64,000 bases of DNA, from the NCBI GenBank assembly GCA_037447605.1, contig CM074823.1, forward strand, positions 1,524,794-1,588,793. Direction: 5' to 3'. This document shows, piece by piece, positions 18,923 through 32,417 of the stretch (positions are counted from its first letter, which is position 1; each line of letters begins with the position of its first letter). The position numbers and the translations under genes are program-made. Below the pieces are notes generated by a model. It had not been told where the DNA came from and made no database searches. It worked only from the letters and a program-made list of their open reading frames with translations. The stretch comes from Zygnema circumcarinatum SAG 698-1b (taxonomy: Eukaryota > Plantae > Zygnematophyceae).

Positions 18923-21900
18923 CAGTAGACCCCCCCAATATTTTCGCCATGGTTTCGGCAAATATTGGGCGAAAATATTGGGTAGCGAAAATATAAGGGT
19001 GTCCGTGTTAACAATAGGCGGGCGGTATTTGTTAGTGTACATAGTTAGTTCAGATTAGCATGTACTATGCATAGCAAGACACGAAGTAGTTTATTTAGGT
19101 TGTTTGAATAAGGTTGTTGCATGCATGGTCCCGGCGCGTGTGACGTGACATGGTCACGTCACAGCCCCATACTATATAGTGAAAGTGGGTGTGTAAGTTA
19201 GAAACCTTCTTGATATGCATTGCAAGGCTATGGCAGTTTGAAGGCATGGCTTTGGCAACAGGAGGTGGACCTTTGTGAGGAGTCTCCGTGTGTGGAGAGC
19301 TGCCTCACGTGAAGGTGAAGTGATCATGTGGTGAAAGCTTGACTAGGCTTATGGGGGCTTGAGTTGGAAAGCTTGTCATCATAAAGGAGTTTTAGGCTGG
19401 GAGCTTTCTCCTACGNNNNNNNNNNACAGGGCTATGGGTTTGATCGTTTTGAGACTGATACTTGTGTGTACTCAGTTGGCAAAGATGATGATAAGTTGTT
19501 TGTTGGGGTCTATGTGGATGACCTGATCATGATCAACAAGTCTCTTCGCAGCATTGCAGAGTTGAAGGAGCTCTTGCAGGAGAATTTCCAGATGACTGAC
19601 CTTGGAGAGGCCCAATATCTCTTGGGGATCCAGCTGAAGAGGGGGCCAGATGGTTCACTATTCCTTTGTCAAAGGAAGTATGCAGAAGATGTGTTGCGGA
19701 AGTTCAACATGTGGGAGTGCATGCCATGCACAAGTCCCATGGAGGCTGGAGTTCGCTTCACGAAGGAGATGTCCCCGTCTACAGAGGAGGAGGCAAAGGC
19801 AATGGCTGGAGTGCCATATCGATCTGCGATTGGGAGCCTCATGTATTTGATGACAGGCACGAGGCCTGTCCTTGCGAAAGCCATGAGCGACAGCGATTCA
19901 TGGAGAACCCGGCGAGAGCATTGGGAAGGAGTCAAGCGTATATTTGATTTCACGAAGGCGTGGATTATAGCCTCGAGGTTTGAGAGAGGACTGCTGGCGG
20001 GTCTATGGCTATCTGAGACGGCCGGGAGGGATTTGGATTCATCCCGCTCCACATGTCACGGATCACGTTTTCTTGAATGCGAGGTGGGGCCCATCCGCGT
20101 GGAACTCCACCTTGCAGTCTTCAGTGGCCCTCTCCAGCACTGAAGCAGAGTATATGGCAGCTTGCCATGCAGCCAGGGAGTGTGTATGGCTGCGGAACTT
20201 CTTTGGGGAGTGTGAGCGGCCTCAGCTCCCCTTACCACTCTTCCGCGGACAATCCCAGGTCCTCTATTGCTCTAATGGTGAATCCGGTGTTCCACAAGAT
20301 GAGCAATCATTTCCGGATCCAATACCATTACTTGAGACAGGAGGTGAGAGAGGTACTTGTCAGTATCAAGTTCATTGGAACGAGGAAGCGAGGAAAAGAG
20401 CCGATATCTTTACGGCGAAAGCGTCGGTAAGGTGAAGACCTTGAGAGTTAATTCGGATCTCATTGTTGAGCAGGGGCCTCTCGGGAACTAAAGTGTAAAG
20501 AGGGGAATATTTAGTGTACATAGTTAGTTCAGATTAGCATGTTTGTGTTGGTAGCTTAGTTCCTGGGGTGTGCCTAGGTGTAACATGTATGGCGGGGCGG
20601 ACTTACTTAGTATTGCCGCGTCGGCGGAACGACCCCGGCGCATAACTACGTCACCGATAAATATGGACCGTATGGACCCGTCACGGTCGGTCTGGAGCCA
20701 ATCTGGCCAGAATTGACATTTAATTGTGCAGCAGAATCGGTCATTGAATCGAGGAATGATCTTGTGGCCGGAAGACAGCGGAGTCGATGGAAGCGTGGGC
20801 GTACTTTGCGTCTGGAAGATAGTCCTTGTGGGTGGCAGTAGGGAAGTTCGGCTTCGTGATAGAGTACATAACCATCACGGGTTAGAAGCGATTGGTGTTG
20901 ATGCGTTGCGGGCTGGAGTGTACCATACGCGCTTAAGACACAGAAGTAGTTTATTTAGGTTGTTTGAATAAGGTTATTTGCATGCATGGTCGGCGTGTGA
21001 CGTGACATGGTCACGTCACAGCCCATACTATAGTGAAAGTGGGTGTGTAAGTTAGAAACCTTCTTGATATGCATTGCGAGCTATGGCGGTTTGAAGGCAT
21101 GGCAGCAGCGGGGGTGGACCTTTGTGAGGGAATATAAAATTATTGTGGAGGCTGCCTCCGTGGAAGGTGAAGTGATCATGTGGTGAAAGCGACTAGGCTT
21201 ATGGGGGCTTGAGTTGGAAGCTTGTCATGTAAAGGAGTTTTAAATTTGGGAGCTTTCTCTACGTTTTCTATTATACTCTACGTGTGTGTATGCACGTGAG
21301 TGAAAAATGAGTGAAAGTCTTTGCGGGCACCAGGAGGGATGTTTCCCTGGATAGTGAAGAGGGTGAAAGGGTGGAAGGTGAATTTGCTTCTCATCCCTCT
21401 GCCCCTCTCACAGTATTATGTTAGAGTTTCACGTTGTCGTGCGCGTAAATAAATGCGTATTATCGAATATCACAGAAGAAAGAGGAGAGAGCGAGCGCCT
21501 CTTCTGGCGGCACCCCAGGGAAGAGTCGTTGAGCCGTAGCGGCTGAAGATGCGGCTTATGCGGCACCATTAGGCTAATGCAATTACGGCTGAATACGGTG
21601 GCTGGGCGAATGCGGCTAATACACGGCCCGAATGCGATTAGAGTCCTCGTATTTACCACAGCGTGGAAGTGGGCTGCATTTCGACGGATCAGCGTCGGTT
21701 GAGTTGTACTTGACATATGCCTCTTGATTAATCACGGACGGCGCCATCGAGGAATTGCCGGCAGAGAATGCGAGAAAGCGCCATGTGTCCAGCGGCCCGC
21801 AGACAGCGCACCATCGGCAAAGCACCAGCAGCCGCATAATACATGATTGTCATTTGTTGAAGCCCTATCATAAGGCTCCACGTAATCGATCGAGCCTCTC
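18923..21900. mobile_element. Relative of the Tc1/mariner-type MITE, split by a Copia insertion
   Basis: 18923-19029 plus 21413 onward align with the left part of 17953-18531 (CAGTAG..ATATTTT..GGCGAAAATATT..GTGTTA..ATAG.CGGGC.GTATTA.GTTAGAGTT). GAGCGAGCGCCTCTT.CGGCGGCAC is shared (about 21490 vs 18340). The right end is not defined. Confidence 0.55.
19030..21412 (+). mobile_element. Ty1/Copia LTR retrotransposon C1 (interior mostly lost in the gap at 19416-19425)
   Basis: TG..CA ends with TSD GTATT. LTRs at 19030->19415 and about 20509-21412, with a purine tract AAGAGGGGAA before the 3' LTR. RT (VGVYVDDL, DLGEAQYLLGIQ, VPYRSAIGSLMY) and RNase H (VALSSTEAEYMAA) lie at 19430-20430 with frameshifts. 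Confidence 0.9.
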
Positions 21901-24900
21901 GGTAGGCAGTTGTATCGAAACATCGCTGCCTAAGACTCAGGATCTCTTTATGGAGTGATAAGTAGATGGGATGTCAGTGATGCTAGTTTGTCTTTTAGTG
22001 TTGGGCTTAGTATTTGTATTTGCTGTGTGGTTTGTGGTCTTGTTCTTCTTTTTCTGCCTCTTCAGCTCCAGCAACAGATGCTAAGTGAGAGAGAGAGAGA
22101 GAGAGTTCCATTGCATAGAGAGAAGAGAAAAGTCTTCTTACAAGCATTAGCATTTAGACATCCCATTGACTGACCCGGACAAAAGATTTAGGTGAAGAAG
22201 ACACTTTCATTGTAATGATCGGTAATCGGCTAGGGTGATTTCCAAAACACAACCTTTATCTAAAAATTTGAGTCCTATTACCTTCTTGTCCCTTATGCCA
22301 AGCTACCATCTTGTGATATCCTGCCTTACACTCTTCCCAATGACCGATGATAACTAGAAGTCTAGCGAAGAGAATAGCCGAAGAGAGGACAGGGGAAGAG
22401 AGCCCCCAAGGAAGGCTCTTTGGCGATCGAAGTCCAAATGCAAGGGGGAACATCTTCGTGATCCCCTTTACGTCACGCTACGGCATTCTCCTCAATCCCC
22501 TGATCCTAGCTCTATGCCGGGCAAAGCGCACTCCACAACACCAACACAACCCTTCATCAGTTTCAGCACGGACGCGCGAGTGGCCGTACAGCACCTGCAA
22601 CTAGCTCAGCAGTCTCCCCTTAACCCCACTTATCTTGGTATCAGAGCTGAAGGTTTGGCAGATCCACGTACCTTGATGCGTGAGTGTAGCGAAACGCTAC
22701 AGTCACCCCAAGGGGGAAGGATTACTTAAAGCCCGTCGTGGTCTTATGTTTCCATCCAATGCGTTACCCAATGGTTAGGGCATGAATCCTATAGGACAAC
22801 GGAGGTCCTGCAGGCTAGAACCGTGAGACTGGTTCACACGTGGGGGCACCGCCCACATAGTCACGGTGGCCCCACATTATCGCCAAGGTCCCCTCCCTCG
22901 GCATGAGGAGATTGAGGTAACAGCACCACGGACCAATCAATTCCCCATCTTGGCTCTGGACCGCGGTCCGGGTCCCCCTTTTTGGATCGGCGGTCGTGCC
23001 GTACAGTTACAGGGTCCCGTTCGTCAGGAACCCAGAAGTGGGCAGAGTCGAGGCCCCGCGCGCGCGCGTCAGGATCCGGCCATGCACGCAGTGCGCGACG
23101 CGCGTCGCGGCACACGCAGCGGACTGCGGCGAAGTGCATTCAACTCCTCCCTAACCCATTCGGGTCGAGATGAACACGTGGCGCCTGCCAGTTTGGACAA
23201 CCCTGCTTCCAATCCTACCATGCTGGTCAGAGAGGTTGGGCAAGGGGAGGCACTGCTCAGGGCAAAGTGAGTCAGGCCCTGAGCCCCCAGTGATGCCCAG
23301 CCTCAGTCACCCCTGCAAGGGCTGCGCCACCCTCTGAAGCTCTTGCTCTCTCTCTCTCTCTCTCTCCGGCCCTCTCTCGCTAAACTCGGAGTGCTGGTGT
23401 GTGATTCCGCGCAGACTGAAGAGGCGTTTTTCAGTTGTTACATTTGGTATCAGAGCCGCGTTGCGGCTTTCTTTCTTTGAAAGAACCTAGTGGGTCATGG
23501 TGACCACTCGCCGGGCCGGAGGGGACCCGGGGCCCTCGGGGCCGCCACCTCCACCACCCGTCCCACGGGACGAGGTGATGGAGGAGAACTCGGAGACTGC
23601 ACCGGTCCCCATGGAGGGGCCCAGTCCCGAGCCCACGGATGACCAAGGTCATCCGGAGAATATCACACCTCCCCCTCCCCAACCGGAGCCATCGGCTCCG
23701 GCAGTGGCTATGGCTGGGTCCGATCCCATGATCGGGGCCCACATCACGGTGGGCGCGTCCTTGAAAATGAGGAAGAAGATCGATGATCTAGGAAAGGATG
23801 TAATGCAACAGCGCGTCTCCACCATGGCGTGCTCGCGGAAGGTGGACGATATGGAGCTTACGGTCCGCCGCCTAGTGGACACGCTCCAGATGGAGTTCAG
23901 GGGCCTTTCAGACAGGCTCAGGCGGATCGAGGAAGGTATGCCCCACACCCCCCCTCAGGCTGTAGAGGCAATGGATGCAAAGCAGATCCCGGCTGGGTTA
24001 GGCATACATCCGTCGCCGCCGCCATCGCTGACTTCAACCGGGCCGCCTGGGCGCCGCGTAGTTCGGCCCCTTGTCTCCCTCAACAGGGGAGTCACCTCAT
24101 CGGTGAAGCTGCTTGGGACCACCCAAATAGCTGGGGACCCCCGCCGGGCAAATGGGCCGGGGCGGAGGAGATCCCGGTCCTCGGGCTGCTCCTCCGCAAC
24201 CTACTGAGGATGCCAAGCGGAATCGGGCCAAGGTGGCCCCGCTTTCCTTTTGGGGTGAACATCCTAACACGGACTGCTCGATTGAGCAGTGGTTGGGTCA
24301 AACGAAGGGTTACCTTCTTGCGACCAACTGTCCCCCCCTCCAGTGGGTAAGCTTTGCTTACCCAGCACTCAGAGGAGCCGCATACCGTGTGTATGAGGGT
24401 CTCTCTGATGAGATTGGGGACGATTGGGATAAGTTCAGAGATGAACTTATCAAACATTTTGGGGCCTTGGATCCCGGATTGGAGGCCCGATAAATTTCGC
24501 ACATGGTCCAAAACCGGCAGCCGCCAAGCGCGCTATGAGCCCGCGCCGTGGTGCCACAAATCACTTTCACCCACAAGCCCGTCAGCCGAAGTTCTTTTCC
24601 ACTTCAGAATGGCTTGCCACACTGAGGAAGCGTACCAGACCAACCCATGACCAAACCGGGACCCCGTCACCTCGAAATGCACTTTGATGCGCACGCATTC
24701 AGCTTGACATCACCGCAGCGATGTAGTTCTTCCCCGACCCCAAAGAGGTCGGGAGATGTTACCGGGTCGTGGAAGGCGGGACCCTCTGCTCCTGCCAAAC
24801 CGGCAGGAAAGAACAAGCGGAAGCAGCCGGAAACGGCTGCCCGCCCAGCCCCTGCACGGCCGCAGAAGTTGACTCCGGAAGAAATGGAGCGGATGCAGCG

Positions 24901-25669
24901 GGAGAATAAGTGCTTCCGATGCAGGAAGGAGGGGCATAAGGCCCGGGATTGCCCTCTTAACGCCAAGGACAAGAAGGGTAAGGGGCCGGAAAACCCCAAC
25001 CCACCAGCAGCTTAGGGGTCGCTGCTGGTGGACATGCTAGGTTAGGGGACAGAATGGAAGCTGCCGCCAGGACTAGGGGACATTTGTTTCTTAGAACCTT
25101 GGACATTCTTAAATTGATTGGCAGACCTTTGGGAATGCATGATCTCTTTGTGTGTGATGCACTCCCTGTTTCCATTTCTCTTTCCCCTGCCACTGTAGTG
25201 ACTCCTTCTGGGTTTATGGATGTAGTGATGAATGGTGATTGGCATGTCTTTATCCTCAATGTCATGGGCGATGATGTTCTCATGCAATGTACCATAGATG
25301 TTGTGCATGTCATGGGACATACCTCCCATGTTCTTGGGCTGCATGTGCTGGTTCCTCAGCACATGGCGGTTCGCACCTTTCCCAACGCCACTTGGCGGTT
25401 GGTGAAACAGATGAGGAAAGGGCACAAATTGGTGCAGACGATGGAAGGATCCACCAGTTCGCTGGTTGGATCACCCTACACCTTGGTGTGGAGGACGGCT
25501 CGTCCTCAACCCTCGCATATAGTGCGATCCATGTTCCATCTTGCCCATCGTGCCATGACCTTCACCGGGTCAGCCAATGGCCACCCAGCAGTTATACTGC
25601 TAGACACTTGGGCAGATGCTAACTTCGTTAGTTCTGCATTCACCCAGAGGTTGGAATTGACCATAAATC

Positions 25670-28600
25670 TGTTAGTGTTAGTGTGCTATAGTTAGACATT
25701 GTATGGGTTCACAAGAACATTGTTGTGGTCCTCAGTTGGGAAACATGAGATCTGCTAGTAGTAGTCCTAGGAAATATGGTCGGGCCAAATGTCGGTGGCT
25801 CGTACGCTTATCGGGCGCGGAGGATGTCGGTGATGTCGGCGGAATCGCGTCAGACCCTTAGTGCGGTCCGCGGACTCTGACAAGGTCAACTACGGAGGAG
25901 ACCGAGTCAGCAGCCACGCGGATAGGTGTGAACGGCGCGGAAATGCGACGACGGAGATTTCGTCGCGGACGGCGCAAATGTGTANNNNNNNNNNGTGCCT
26001 GCTCGTGTTGCTGGGCTGCCCTGCTTGTGTCGCAAGGTAGTGAGTAAGGGGAGAAGTAGCTAGTGAGAGGGGGAGAACTTCATGTGGGTGACATTCTTAT
26101 TATAAAGGAGTTTTAGAGCCGTGAGCTTTCTCCTAGACTTTCCCGTGTGTGATTTCCGCTGTGCTCGTCTCTGAATTCATTCTGTGAGTTATGGGCTATG
26201 AGTGAAGTGAGATAGAGTGGGGAGAGTGAAAGATGTCTTCATCGGTGGGAACCGGAGTTCCAATGGAGGGCGACACGCGAGGTGGCGTCGGGAGCAGTGA
26301 ACAAACCCACGCTCCAACAAGTGGTATCAGAGCCAATGGTGGCGACAAGGACCACGTGAAGTTCAGCATTCCCGCATTTGACGGTCAAGACTACAAGGGG
26401 TGGAGATGGCGGCTGGTCCCTTTGCTCGTGGGCAAGGGACTGTTGGGGTACGTCAACGGCACCATCAAGGCACCGTGCTAATGGAGGAGCCACGCCGAGC
26501 AAAGAAATGGAACACGGCGGCGCTTGCCGATGGAGTGCCATGGTCAACAAAGCGCCAACGTGATCGCCATATGAGTGTGAGGGGAAGTCCTTCGTCCATG
26601 CTGTATGATCTCAAGACTTCACATGCTATGTGGAAGTGCTTAGAAGAGATGTATGATGTAAAGGATAACGTCACGATAGTGAGTCTTTACACGCAGCTTG
26701 GGAAGATGAAGATGACTTCGGATGAGAAACTGAGTGAATATATGGTCAGGTTTGATACCTTAATGGAGAGGTTCATAGCTCTACAGAAACCGTTAGAGAG
26801 TGACCATAAGATCAGCCAGTTCTTAGGGGGATNNNNNNNNNNTGTTCACTCGGCAACCGGAGAGGGAGTGACAGTCACGAAGGGAGGAGTAGTCAAGATG
26901 ATTCTCGGAGACGGCTCTGTCATCTACGAAGAAGAGAGGGAGGAGCGTCTATGTATCGGTGATGTCCTTCACACCCCCGAGCTGAAACAGAACTTCATGT
27001 CTGTTAGCCAGGTGTGTAAGAGGGGGTACGAGATCACGTTCAAAGAGAAGTCTTGTATAGCTACTCACGTAGTTACGGGGAAGCGGCTGTTTGAGGGGTA
27101 TGAGAAGGGAGGCCTGTATTATCTTCATTATAGAAGGACAGAGGATGAAGATGTGATGGCTGTAGCTCAAACTGCCATAAATCTCTGGCATCGTAGACTT
27201 GGACATCTTAACCATAGGGGACTGCAACAGCTCGCTGCTAAGGGGCTGGTCCGTGGATTAGACGTAGATGTCGTGGAGAAGGAGCTCGGCTTTTGCAAGG
27301 AGTGTGTAGAAGGGAAGGCGCATCGGAAACCATTCGTGAGGAGTGGAGAGGAGGCGTATCATGCGCAGGAGAAACTGGAGTTGGTTCACACCGACCTTTG
27401 CGGCCCCGTGACACCGGCAACGAGTGGAGGAGCTCGGTACTTCATCACTTTTCTCGACGATTTTTCGAGGAAAATTTGGGTGAAGATTCTCAAGAACAAG
27501 TCTGAGGCTTTCGGAGCCTTCAGAGATTGGCAGACTCAGATGGAGCGAGAGAGCGGACAGAAACTGAAGACTCTGCGCTCGGACAACGGAGGGGAGTTCA
27601 TGTTGGTGCAGCGGCCTCCGTGCGAGGTGCTGCCACTTCTCCTCTGCCCTCGGTAGAGCTCGACATCTTCAATGACTTGATCAACCACACTCCTCAAGGA
27701 TGTAGACACACACACAAGTCTGAATGCAGTAGAACAGATCAGCGGAAAAGAGAAGATGTAAGGAGAAAGCCTCCAACCTAAAACTCCTTAATATAAAGAT
27801 GAATACAACTTGACAACTCTAGAGCCAAGCTTCAAGCACCTAAACTCAAGCTACGTGATTACACCACCCCACTACAAGCTGAACACTTCCCACTATCTTC
27901 TAAGCCCAAAGAAAGATAGCCTCACTGCCTACGTGAGTCCCGAGAAGGTTAACTCCTTCAAAACAGACCTCCATCATATACAACAATGGCCGTGTGACGT
28001 GACACAAGTTGTCACGTCGCGTCCGCCATTGCAAGCCCATGCACTATCTCAGTGGGCGCACTCAAGAATAGCGACCAGCTAGTGCGCCTCGTAAACCTAC
28101 GACAGCACCGACCTAGTTCTTGTCTATTCGCATCTCTGTCTGCATAGCTCAAGGCTACAAATTTTAGCTACTTTGTCTCGACATTTTCGCCGTAGACGAT
28201 CAAATCTGGGCTGACCTAATTATATAGGTTCCACGGGTGCGTCATGATTTCGTACGACATTCTTCACGTTGCCGCAACTTCAGCCCAAGGATCCGTAGCT
28301 CACGCCGCTGCAATTAACCGAAGTCGCGCTGGCCCGGCATTTCTCTGCGTCAAGGCTACAAGCAGCACATCAATCAGCCAAGTCACCACACACTTCACGG
28401 CGCATTCTCACGCCATAAGGCCTGCATCAAGACTTTCGCGACTAATCAAGGGCCTCGGGACGTCGCGACACCCGGTACGCCTCTGCACACTGCTTCGCCA
28501 GATTCTTTGTGCGCACGCCACGCCAAGACACGACTGGTGACTTGCACGGCCGCCAGCGTCCTACATGCAATTCGGACTAGGAGCACACCCCTAAGAACTT

Positions 28601-31600
28601 AGTACCAAAACAACTTAGTGTATTTACAAGTTCCTAACTAGCCTAACACTAACAGTTCAAGTCAAAGGAGTTCGGCGAGTACCTCAAGACTCGTGGAATT
28701 AGGCATGAATTCTCTGCTCCCTACTCCCCTCAAAGTAATGGAGCTGCTGAAAGGGTAAACAGGACGTTGGGGGACATGGCGCGGACCATGCTGATAGATT
28801 CCCCCTTCCCGGCTTCTTTCTGGGGAGAGGCGGTGATGACCGCAGCTTACCTTAGGAATAGATGCCTATCTTCGTGTCATGACCAGGTTCCCCGAGGAGG
28901 TGTGGGAGTGGGAGAAAACCCACGGGTTTCCACCAAGGCTTTCGAGCACGCCGGGTCGACGCGTCGGCTACAGACAAGAGAAGCCGGGACCATGGTACCG
29001 CTGAAGAGTATGTTCTCGGCTATTAATATTGATACGACCTGCTGTGATTTGAACCCGCGAGCCGGAAGGAAGCGCAGAAGCTCGGAGGGACATCACGGGA
29101 CGAGAAAGTAGCGTGACACCGCTTAGCGAGACCCAACAAAAGACAAAGGCTCGAGATCGCTATGACGCAGGACGCGAGACCAAATGAGTAGTTGTTAGCC
29201 TCCTCAGTCCCGGTGCTCGAGGAGATCAAAGATCACCGGTGAGCCGGGAGCCGACGAGAGCAACACCAACGCCGCAGGGCGGAGGCGGAGTCGAACCCGG
29301 CGCCGCAAGCCGGGGAGCCGAGAAATCGATGATCTACCCACTACACACCACCGTCGGACGAAGACTGGCCGAAACTGCATCTTTGCACGCGTGAGTTTGA
29401 GGACTTGAGATGGCCGAGACGCCGATGAGGGCAAGGGATACCCGGATTTGTTCCCGGAATTTTCTTCAACTCGAGGAGGGAGAACGCAAGTGACCGCTGG
29501 AGGAGCACCTGTGGTGGTGAGGAGGCCCGACGGGAGCACAGCCGACGCAGACTAACCTAATGCGTGAGAGAGAGTGCCTACTGACTTTGCCGACCTCAAG
29601 CAGAGTTGCCCACGCTACATGATTACCTACCGCAAACCTCTCGAGGAGGCTCAATGATGGGGTCAATGAGCGAAGGGCGAAAATGACGATACGGTGGAAT
29701 AGTCCGATAGAGAATCCGACGGGCGATCGGAGAAGTCGGGCCGGGCGGAGGAGAGCCACTGACGCAAAGCATGCTCAAGGTGAAGTTTAGCGGATGTGAG
29801 TGTCGCAACGCTACAAGGCGCTGGCCGGTGGCTGGCACATGTACCGGTACGAATTATCATACCTTGAGACTTTCGCCCGTGGCGGGAAGTTTAACTCCTC
29901 CGCGTCTGACCATCGCAAGTACTACCAGGGAGCACAACCATCGGGCTGATGTATCAAGACCCATGGTTTTCACCAGATCTCACAGGAGATCTACATGGAG
30001 CAGCCCGAAGGGAAAGTTGTCCCGGGGCAGGAGCATCTCGTCTGTCGCCTAGTGAAGAGTCTGTACGGACTGAAGCAGGCACCCAGGATCTGGTACGAGA
30101 AGATTGACGATCTTCTGAGGAGAAATGGATTTGCGCGTTTTGAGACGGATCATTCCGTCTACCGACAAGGAGAGGAGGGAGATCTCATGTATGTTGGGAT
30201 CTATGTGGATGACCTCATTATGGTGAGTCTCTCACTGGAGAGAATCAATGATCTGAAGAAGCTTTTGCAAGCTAACTTCCAAATGTCGGATTTAGGGGAA
30301 GCGCAGTATCTCCTGGGGATACAGCTGAAGAGGGGGCAGGACGGAAGTCTGTTCCTAAGTCAGAAGAAGTACGCCGCGGATGTACTTGCGAGATTCAATA
30401 TGGAGGAGCGCAGACAGGCACCGTACCTCTGACGGAGACGGCATACGAGATTGTCGAAGATATGGAGCCCCGCTGACTTCACGGTAAGTCCGCACAAGAC
30501 GTATCGCAGCCGCCGCATGACCGCCATCGGGTTTACCGTACCTAATGATTAGACTTAATCGACTTGGCGTAAAGCCGCGACCGCCAAGTCGTTCATGGAG
30601 AATCCCGCCCTCGGCATCGAGGTACGGGTGAAGTTTAATCTTCCGGATTCGCAATGGGACCCTGGAGTACGACCGCTACGAGAGAGGGCCGAACAGAGTG
30701 ATCGGATACACCGACTCTGACTGGGGAGGTGACGTGGACACATCGCGATCGACCTCCGGATTTGTGTACCTGAACGCAGGTGGAGCGATCTCATGGAGCT
30801 CGAAGCTACAGGATTCGGTTGCGTTGTCTAGCACCGAAGGCGAGTACATGGGAGCATGTCACGCAGCGAAGGAGGGAGTTTGGTTCCAACATTTCTTTGA
30901 TGAGTGTAAGAGGCCACAACGTCCCTTGACTTTGTTCACGGATAATCAGTCGTCCATAGCTCTTGTTGAAAACCCTGTGTTTCATAAGAGGACAAAGCAC
31001 ATTAGAGTGCAATACCATTATGTGCGAGAATTGGTAGAGGAGGGGATGATTGTTGTGAAGTTCGTGGGGACGAAGGAGCAGGCTGCGGATATGTTGACTA
31101 AGGGAGTTAGCGGCGAGACACTACTAGTGAATAGCAGACTCATTGGGCTAGGGCCCATGAGGAACTGAGTCCCAAGAGGGGGATTGTTAGTGTTAGTGTG
31201 CTATAGTTAGACATTGTATGGGTTCACACTAACATTGTTGTGGTCCTCACTTGGGAAACATGAGATCTGCTAGTAGTAGTCCTAGGAAATATGGTCGGGC
31301 CAAATGTCGGTGGCCCGTACGCTTATCGGGCGCGGAGGATGTCGGTGATGTTGGCGGAATCGCGTCAGACCCTTAGTGCGGTCCGCGGACTCTGACAAGG
31401 TCAACTACGGAGGAGACCGAGTCAGCAGCCACGCGGACAGGTGTGAACGGCGCGGAAATGCGACGATTGAGATTTGTCAGCGACGGGCGAAATGTGTACG
31501 GAGCGCCGGTTCAAACATATGGCTGCTGGCGGCGGGACGCCAGACGACGGGCGGCTTTAACTTGTGTGCTCTAACCCGACGACAAGTTCGGGGACGGGCG

Positions 31601-32417
31601 GTCAGAATAAACCTGCTCCTCGCCAGGTAGCGGTAAACGCCATACATGGGTTGTATGGCCGGTGCAATTACATCCGCCGGGTTGCCTTTTAATGGTAAAG
31701 TAATCGTGTGGGTAACGTGAAGTCCTGAAGTTCAACTCGGCTGAGTGCGGGTTTGTTACATTGGCATCGCAGCCTAAGGACCGGCATTTTGCAATCCACC
31801 CCAAAAACACCGCGCTCTCGGAAAGCATGGTACGGATTGACCGAGGCTGTGGGCAAAATAACTGGCGACCGCAGGGTCTCAGGTCGAATTCATGTGTTGA
31901 AGCGAGCTTGAACGCCGCCAGAAAACTCCATCGCAGCCGATCGGGTGCTTAGGTGGGGAGGAATACAAACGCTATATTGCTGGTTGTATGGTCGGCATTC
32001 GCTGCCGTTTTACGGCATTGTAATCGAGGTCCTCGGTTCAACCCCGCCGAGGCGTGTCTGCTACACTCGCCAGCGTTGAACACGGTGACCTCCCTGGGCA
32101 TCTACACCGCTGTTTCAATACCATTAAAAGGCAACCGCGGATGTAAATACTAGGCCATACAACATATGTATAGCGTTTCGCTACAGCGGCGGAACTGTAC
32201 GGACGAGTTGACTAGGTCGGCGCGGACGTAGGTTTATGAAAAACCGCAATACTGGATGTTGAACGCGTACCTGGCTGCTGAACGCATGAAGGCGGCCGTG
32301 ACGTGACATCGGTCAACAAGGAAGATGTCACGTAACACGGCCATGGCGGTATATAGGGTTTAGCTTGATTATGTAGGATAACCACATTAGACTACTGTAG
32401 TCCCGTGACTTATTCTG
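25670..32417 (+). mobile_element. Ty1/Copia C2 inserted into the protease region of G1
   Basis: LTRs 25670-26319 (gapped) and 31185->32417 both start TGTTAGTGTTAGTGTGC. PBS at about 26322. Gag (IPAFDGQDYKGW), GAG-pre-integrase (WHRRLGH), integrase (VHTDLCGP, FLDD, RSDNGGEF..PQSNGAAERVN), RT (LYGLKQAPR, YVDDL) and RNase H (YTDSDWGGD, STEGEY, KHIRVQYH) are present. PPT AAGAGGGGGAT. Confidence 0.92.
27601..28654 (-). mobile_element. Solo LTR (Copia, C4 family) inserted antisense in the C2 integrase
   Basis: TG..CA ends with TSD GTTCA on both sides. The integrase reads RSDNGGEF|KSKEFGEYL across the insertion. The sequence resembles the LTRs at 43817 and 46576. Confidence 0.88.

Noticed and set aside
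21955-22210. Alternative 5' start of the G0 LTR or a separate gene
   Set aside because: No second LTR is available for comparison (lost in the gap) and there is no coding similarity, so it is left unassigned.
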